From Candidatus Avelusimicrobium excrementipullorum (GTDB lineage Bacteria > Elusimicrobiota > Elusimicrobia > Elusimicrobiales > Elusimicrobiaceae), in contig CALVGF010000003.1 in NCBI GenBank assembly GCA_944327025.1, positions 36,667-100,666 on the forward strand: a stretch of 64,000 nt of DNA, in the 5' to 3' direction. A program made the translations under genes and the position numbers. Of this stretch, positions 59,534 to 64,000 are shown piece by piece. The notes beneath the pieces were generated by a model. That model ran no database searches. It had not been told where the DNA came from and saw only the letters and a list, made by a program, of their open reading frames with translations. Within the stretch, counting starts at the first letter, position 1, and the number at the start of each line of letters is the position of its first letter.

Positions 59534-60979
59534 ATGACTACCCAATTTGAACCCGTTATCGGACTGGAAATACATGTACAGCTGGCCAGCAAAACCAAAA
59601 TGTTTTGCACCTGCCCCAACGGCATGGACGAAAGCGCCGGCCCCAACAGCGAAATCTGCCCCCGCTGCAGCGGCGCTCCGGGCACGTTGCCCGTTATGAA
59701 TGAAGGTGCGGTGCGCCTGGCCGTGCGCGCCGGGCTGGCCCTGGGCTGTAAAACCAATGAAGTGTCTTCCTTTGAGCGCAAGCATTATTTTTATCCGGAT
59801 TTGCCCAAAGGCTACCAAATTACCCAAAACGCCCACCCCGTCAACGGGCGCGGCGAAATAGAAATTACGTTCGGCCCCAAGGACAAACTGCAAAAAAAGA
59901 AAATCGGCATTCACCACGCCCATTTGGAAGAGGACGCGGCCAAATCTTCGCACTTTGCCGATTATTCACTGGTAGACTTTAACCGCGCCGGCTGCCCGTT
60001 GCTGGAAATTGTGTCCCTGCCGGATATGCGCTCGGCCGATGAAGCCTACGCGTATTTGACGGAAATCAAACGCCTGATGCAGTGGGTGGACGCCTCCAAC
60101 TGCGATATGGAAAAAGGCGAGCTGCGCGTAGACGTGAACGTATCTTTGCGCCCCGTCGGGCAGGAGGCGTTCGGCACGCGCACGGAAATTAAGAATTTAA
60201 ATTCCTTTAAAGCCGTCAAGGACGCCATTAATTATGAAATTGCGCGCCAGACGGAGCTGTTAAACAAAGGGGAAAAGGTTATTCAGCAGACGCTTCTGTG
60301 GGACAAGGAAAAAAATTACACCAAGCCCATGCGCTCCAAAGAGGACGCGCTGGACTACCGCTATTTTCCGGAGCCGGACCTGCCGCCTTTGGTGCTGCGC
60401 AAGGACCGGCTGGAAAAAATCAAAGCCGAAATGCCGGAGCTTCCGGCGGCCAAAGAGGCCAAGTTTGTTGCATTGGGCTTGTCTGCCTATGACGCGGGCG
60501 TACTGACGCTGACGCGCCACACGGCGGAATATTTTGAAGCCGTGCTGGCCTGCGGCGTGCCCGCCAAGGCGGCGGCCAACTGGATTACCACCGATTTAAT
60601 GGGCTTGCTGCATGCCGATAAAAAAGAAATAGAGCAAAGCCCCGTTTCCGCGGCGGATTTGGCGGAACTGATTAAACTGGTGGAAAGCGGCAAAATTTCA
60701 CGCAATCAGGCCAAAACCGTATTTGAACAAATGTACAAAACGGGGCAGAAAGCCGCCGCGCTGGTGGAAAAAATGGGCCTGTCGCAGGTGAGCGACGAAG
60801 GCCAGCTGGTGGCCTGGGCCCAGGAAGCCGTCAGCGAAAATCCCAAAGCCGTGGCCGATTTCCAAAAAGGCAACCGCGCGGCCGTGGGCGCGCTGGTGGG
60901 AGCCGTGATGAAGAAGAGCAAAGGCAAAGCCAACCCGCGGCGTATGAACGAAATCCTGGTGGAGCTGCTCAGCAAATAA
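59534..60979 (+). CDS. gatB: Asp/Glu-tRNA(Asn/Gln) amidotransferase subunit B
   Basis: N-terminus FEPVIGLEIHVQL, plus HHAHLEEDA and a C-terminal YqeY-like domain. 481 aa. Confidence 0.95.
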   Translation: MTTQFEPVIGLEIHVQLASKTKMFCTCPNGMDESAGPNSEICPRCSGAPGTLPVMNEGAVRLAVRAGLALGCKTNEVSSFERKHYFYPDLPKGYQITQNAHPVNGRGEIEITFGPKDKLQKKKIGIHHAHLEEDAAKSSHFADYSLVDFNRAGCPLLEIVSLPDMRSADEAYAYLTEIKRLMQWVDASNCDMEKGELRVDVNVSLRPVGQEAFGTRTEIKNLNSFKAVKDAINYEIARQTELLNKGEKVIQQTLLWDKEKNYTKPMRSKEDALDYRYFPEPDLPPLVLRKDRLEKIKAEMPELPAAKEAKFVALGLSAYDAGVLTLTRHTAEYFEAVLACGVPAKAAANWITTDLMGLLHADKKEIEQSPVSAADLAELIKLVESGKISRNQAKTVFEQMYKTGQKAAALVEKMGLSQVSDEGQLVAWAQEAVSENPKAVADFQKGNRAAVGALVGAVMKKSKGKANPRRMNEILVELLSK

Positions 60980-61006
60980 GGGCTGCAGCCGTCTTTATGG
61001 ATAGAT

Positions 61007-61040
61007 GAAGCGCAAGACTTTCAGTTTTGCGCTTCGTTAT
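61007..61040 (+). terminator. Intrinsic terminator after gatB
   Basis: GAAGCGCAA, an 11-nt loop, TTGCGCTTC, followed by GTTATT (a weak U-tract). Confidence 0.6.
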
Positions 61041-61070
61041 TGGATTGGCCCGGACTTGCCGGCTGAAATC

Positions 61071-61099
61071 TTGTCACGGGCGGGTGAATCTAATATAAT
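61071..61099 (+). promoter_or_regulatory. Near-consensus sigma70-type promoter TTGTCA-17 nt-TATAAT
   Basis: Hexamers at 61071-61076 and 61094-61099. The predicted +1 is near 61106, about 158 nt upstream of the pal start. Confidence 0.55.
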
Positions 61100-61213
61100 A
61101 AACCATTGGCAATCCTCCGGCCAAAGTCTTTAAATAGTAGTAAGCACATAAAAAGCAGGGGCGTACGGGGAGGAACGTCCGCCGCGCACCGGTTGACCGG
61201 ACAGCAAAAAGTC

Positions 61214-61222
61214 TGCTATGAT
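61214..61222 (+). promoter_or_regulatory. Second, proximal extended -10 box TGcTATGAT upstream of pal
   Basis: Located 41 nt upstream of ATG 61264, with a GGAGA SD in between. Confidence 0.45.
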
Positions 61223-61263
61223 TTATGTGTAGAAATAAATATATGTAACACGGAGACATGTAC

Positions 61264-61776
61264 ATGAAGAACCTGTTGAAAGTAACGCTCGTGCTGGCTT
61301 TGGCCGCCGGCTTGACCGCTTGCAAAAAGAACGTCAAAGACGACGCCAATGCCGACATGATGACCGGCACCACCACGGAAATGGTGTTGCAGGAAACGGT
61401 AGTGGAAGAGGAAGAAGCGACCCCCGCTGTGGCTTCTTTGGGCGTGGTGCATTTCGCGCTGGACAAATACAACTTGTCCGATGAAGCCCGCAAAATCGTG
61501 GAAGCCAACGCCAAAGCCATTAAGGCCCAGGCCGCCGGCGCCGATTACACCGTGGTCGTAGAAGGAAACTGCGACTCCCGCGGCACGATCGCCTATAACA
61601 TTGCTTTGGGTGAAAAGAGAGCCAACGAAGTCAAGGCCTATTATGTGCGCCTGGGTATTCCGGCCGCCAACATCAGCACCGTGTCTTACGGCAAAGAAAA
61701 GCCGGTTTGCTATGAAAATACGCAATCCTGCTGGGCGAAAAACCGCCGCGCCGACACGATTCTGACCGTGAACTAA
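61264..61776 (+). CDS. pal: Peptidoglycan-associated lipoprotein Pal (OmpA_C domain)
   Basis: Lipobox LAAGLTAC. OmpA-like motifs (VVEGNCDSRGT..YN..LGEKRA, NRRAD). ATG 61264 (8 nt from GGAGA) is preferred over 61258. Confidence 0.85.
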   Translation: MKNLLKVTLVLALAAGLTACKKNVKDDANADMMTGTTTEMVLQETVVEEEEATPAVASLGVVHFALDKYNLSDEARKIVEANAKAIKAQAAGADYTVVVEGNCDSRGTIAYNIALGEKRANEVKAYYVRLGIPAANISTVSYGKEKPVCYENTQSCWAKNRRADTILTVN

Positions 61777-61804
61777 TTGTTTTACGCAGGAGGCCCGAAC
61801 CGTT

Positions 61805-62485
61805 ATGAACAACAAACTGAAAATCTTGTGTTTAGGCGGTTTGGGCCTTTTTTTGTCCGGCTGCCTGGCCAGCGAACGCGATATGGGGACGCTGAAACTG
61901 CAGTTGAAAGAGCTCAATGAAACCATTGCCCTGATGCAGACCAACCAGGCCGAACTGGCCAGTAAAATGGAAGAATTAAACCAAAATCTGGCCGTGTCCA
62001 ATGAAAATCTGTCCCAGCTGGACGGACAGCTTTTTAATCTCTCTTCCAAATTAGACGATATTAATGCCGTAGTCACCGGCGGACAGGGCGCTGCGGGCGC
62101 CGGCGCCGTGATGCTTCCTTCGGACGTTTTTAACGAGGCCAAAAACCATTTAACCAAGCAGTCCTATGATTTGGCCGTTACCGGTTTTAAACTTTATATT
62201 GAAAAATACCCCGACGGGGAAAATATCCAGCAGGCCTATATTTACCTGGGGGACGCCTATGCGGCCCTGGGGCAGGCCCGTCCGGCCGCCATTGCCTATG
62301 CGACCGTACTGCAAAAATTTCCGGAAAGCAAAATCATTCCCACTGCACGCCTGAAATATGCGCGCAGCATTATCCCGCTGGGCAAGACGGAAGAGGCCAA
62401 ACGCTATTTCAACTCCGTCGTGCAGGATTTCGGGTCCAGCCCCGAAGCCCGTCTGGCCAAAGAAGAGTTGGCCAAACTAAAATAA
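61805..62485 (+). CDS. ybgF: Tol-Pal system protein YbgF/CpoB (coiled coil + TPR)
   Basis: Signal/anchor N-terminus, a coiled-coil region, and the C-terminal TPR block YDLAVTGFKLYIEKYPDGENIQQAYIYLGDAY....KFPES. Confidence 0.8.
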   Translation: MNNKLKILCLGGLGLFLSGCLASERDMGTLKLQLKELNETIALMQTNQAELASKMEELNQNLAVSNENLSQLDGQLFNLSSKLDDINAVVTGGQGAAGAGAVMLPSDVFNEAKNHLTKQSYDLAVTGFKLYIEKYPDGENIQQAYIYLGDAYAALGQARPAAIAYATVLQKFPESKIIPTARLKYARSIIPLGKTEEAKRYFNSVVQDFGSSPEARLAKEELAKLK

Positions 62486-62489
62486 CATC

Positions 62490-63785
62490 ATGAAAAAATT
62501 GCATAAACTTCTGCTACCAGCCCTGATAACGGGGCTTTTGGGTACGGCGGCTTTTGCCGCCCCTCAAACGGACGTCTATATCGGCATTACCTCTGCCGGC
62601 GCCAAAAAGCAGCCGGTAATCGCCATGCCCGCTTTTGTGGCCAAAAAAGACATTGTTTCCGCCGCGCAGGAAGTGCATGACACCCTGCGCGCCGATATTC
62701 TGTACGGGCGTTATTTTGAAGTGTCCGAAGACGGCCCCGCTTTTGAAGTCAAAGACGTAAAAGACACCCTTTCCGGCTGGTCCAAACAGCGTGCGGCTTA
62801 TTTAATCGGCGGGGAAATGACCTATGAGGAGCCGCACTATACCATTAAACTGTATGTGTATGACGTAGCCACGCAGGCTCCCGTATTTGCCAAAGCGTTT
62901 AAAGGCAACCGCAGCAGCCTGCGGCGGCTGGCGCATATTGCGGCGGACCAGATTATCCAAACATTAACCGGCCGGCGCGGCATTGCCGATACAAAAATTG
63001 CTTTCTCCAACAATTCCACCGGTCATAAAGAAATTTACGTGGTGGATTATGACGGGCAGAATTTAAAGAAACTGACCAATGACAAAAGCATCGCGCTGCT
63101 GCCCCGCTGGAGTAAAGACGGACGCATTTATTATACGACGTACCGCTACAAAAACCCCGATATTTTTGCTATTGACTTGAAAGCCGGCAAAATCGCTCCG
63201 GTCATTATCCGCGGCGGTCTGTCGCTTATCGGCGGGGTGTCACCTGACGGTAAGGCCCTGGTATTTACCAGTTCCAAGGGCCCGAACCCGAGCATTTATA
63301 TTTATAACCTGGAAACGGGTGAAAAAACACAGTTGACCAACCGCCGCTCCGTGGACGGATCTCCGTCTTACTCTCCGGACGGCAAATATATTACGTTTGT
63401 GTCCAACCGCGCGGGCAACCCGCAGATTTACGTCATGGAACTGGCCACCGGCCAGACCCGCCCGCTGACGCGTACGTTTAACTGGTCCGACAGCCCGCAG
63501 TGGTCTCCTACCGGAGAATGGATTGTGTTTGCGGGGCGCGAGTCGCCGTATCATCCGTTTGATATTTTCCTGGTGGATTTGACGGGTACGCAGCTGCGCC
63601 GCCTGACCACGGACTCCGGCTCCAACGAAGACCCGACCTGGTCCCCCGACGGGCGTTTCATCGCTTTTACCAGCAACCGCGACGGCGGCAAGCGCAAGCT
63701 GTATGTTATGGATGCCGACGGCAGTGCGCCGCATTTGGTGGCGGATTTGCCCGGGGAAACGTTTACGCCGCACTGGTCGTTTTAA
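62490..63785 (+). CDS. tolB: TolB-like periplasmic beta-propeller protein
   Basis: Signal peptide, a TolB N-terminal-like domain, and repeated PD40/WD40-like units (SPDGK..vF.S.R.G...iY). 431 aa. Confidence 0.8.
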   Translation: MKKLHKLLLPALITGLLGTAAFAAPQTDVYIGITSAGAKKQPVIAMPAFVAKKDIVSAAQEVHDTLRADILYGRYFEVSEDGPAFEVKDVKDTLSGWSKQRAAYLIGGEMTYEEPHYTIKLYVYDVATQAPVFAKAFKGNRSSLRRLAHIAADQIIQTLTGRRGIADTKIAFSNNSTGHKEIYVVDYDGQNLKKLTNDKSIALLPRWSKDGRIYYTTYRYKNPDIFAIDLKAGKIAPVIIRGGLSLIGGVSPDGKALVFTSSKGPNPSIYIYNLETGEKTQLTNRRSVDGSPSYSPDGKYITFVSNRAGNPQIYVMELATGQTRPLTRTFNWSDSPQWSPTGEWIVFAGRESPYHPFDIFLVDLTGTQLRRLTTDSGSNEDPTWSPDGRFIAFTSNRDGGKRKLYVMDADGSAPHLVADLPGETFTPHWSF

Positions 63786-63809
63786 CGGAAGTCTTTTCGG
63801 TATCCAATA

Positions 63810-63842
63810 ACACCCCGAGCTTCTGCCCGGGGTGTCTTTTGT
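63810..63842 (+). terminator. Intrinsic terminator after tolB
   Basis: ACACCCCG, a 10-nt loop, CGGGGTGT, followed by CTTTTGTTT. Confidence 0.7.
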
Positions 63843-63946
63843 TTCCAAATATTTGCTTGATTTGATTTTGCCTGCCGCCCACAGACAAAAAATTTTCATT
63901 TTTAGTTACATACCTCTGCGGGGGCGCGGGGATTGTAAAATGTCCG

Positions 63947-63977
63947 CAAAAAACCCGGGTTTGCGCCCGGGCTTTTT
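63947..63977. terminator. Bidirectional terminator-like hairpin near the window end
   Basis: AAAAAA-CCCGGGT-TTGC-GCCCGGG-CTTTTT. The gene it serves is not visible in the window. Confidence 0.5.
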
Positions 63978-64000
63978 AAGTTAAACTGCTTAACGGCATC

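Noticed and set aside
36225-60979. gatCA (36225-37923) separated from gatB (59534-60979), considered as a sign of rearrangement.
   Set aside because: Split gatCA / gatB loci are common in bacteria and are not informative.
61106-61215. Attempt to assign the pal upstream segment to SRP (4.5S) RNA, 6S RNA or a known riboswitch.
   Set aside because: No conserved SRP domain IV motif (GGAA tetraloop/AGCA context) and no other diagnostic core could be recognised by eye. It is kept only as an unclassified structured leader.

Overview
This is a 64-kb core chromosomal segment, about 55-60% GC by eye, from a diderm, anaerobic bacterium that probably makes a rod-type cell wall. All calls come from reading the sequence and ORF track and recognising motifs by eye; no database search or folding program was run. 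I call 61 protein-coding genes (one is a 20-codon ORF missing from the ORF track) and 6 tRNAs (Phe-GAA, Glu-CUC, Gln-CUG, Pro-UGG, and two CAU tRNAs, one initiator-like). There is no rRNA, no CRISPR array, and no transposase, integrase or phage gene.

Gene content:
- Envelope: mrdA-rodA, an amidase, AsmA, LolDE, pal-ybgF-tolB, an OmpA-like barrel, GT4/GT9 glycosyltransferases and a MurJ-like flippase.
- Anaerobic energy metabolism: a four-subunit 2-oxoacid:ferredoxin oxidoreductase and NfnAB-like genes.
- Other metabolism: gcvT-H-PA-PB plus a lipoate ligase-like gene, and the glycogen genes GlgP and GH57.
- Translation and RNA: gatCA, gatB, lysS, ychF, rng, trmL, and RlmI-like and RlmD-like methyltransferases.
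- DNA: pcrA.
- Two stand-alone type IV pilin-like genes.

The combination is reminiscent of Elusimicrobiota-like lineages, but that is only an impression.

I found no clear novel multi-gene system such as a defence island. The observations most worth a second look:
1. A '-10 box, 6-7 nt, ATG' geometry recurs at seven or more gene starts, implying frequent leaderless mRNAs. The same TGCTAnAAT box precedes all six tRNAs.
2. A dense cluster of long hairpins lies between glgP and trmL and could be an sRNA or a MITE-like element.
3. An unannotated 20-codon Cys-Gly-repeat ORF with a strong SD sits upstream of a small two-TM membrane protein.
4. A tightly packed lolE-lolD-Sel1-Sel1 operon ends in a secreted protein built from six 11-residue repeats.
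5. The initiator-like tRNA has C33, U1:A72 and only two anticodon-stem G:C pairs.
6. A C39-like peptidase gene starts 14 nt after tRNA-Pro and overlaps an orphan substrate-binding protein gene.
7. Terminator-like hairpins abut start codons inside co-directional gene arrays.

Long antisense 'shadow' ORFs and N-terminal ORF extensions that run through tRNAs were rejected.
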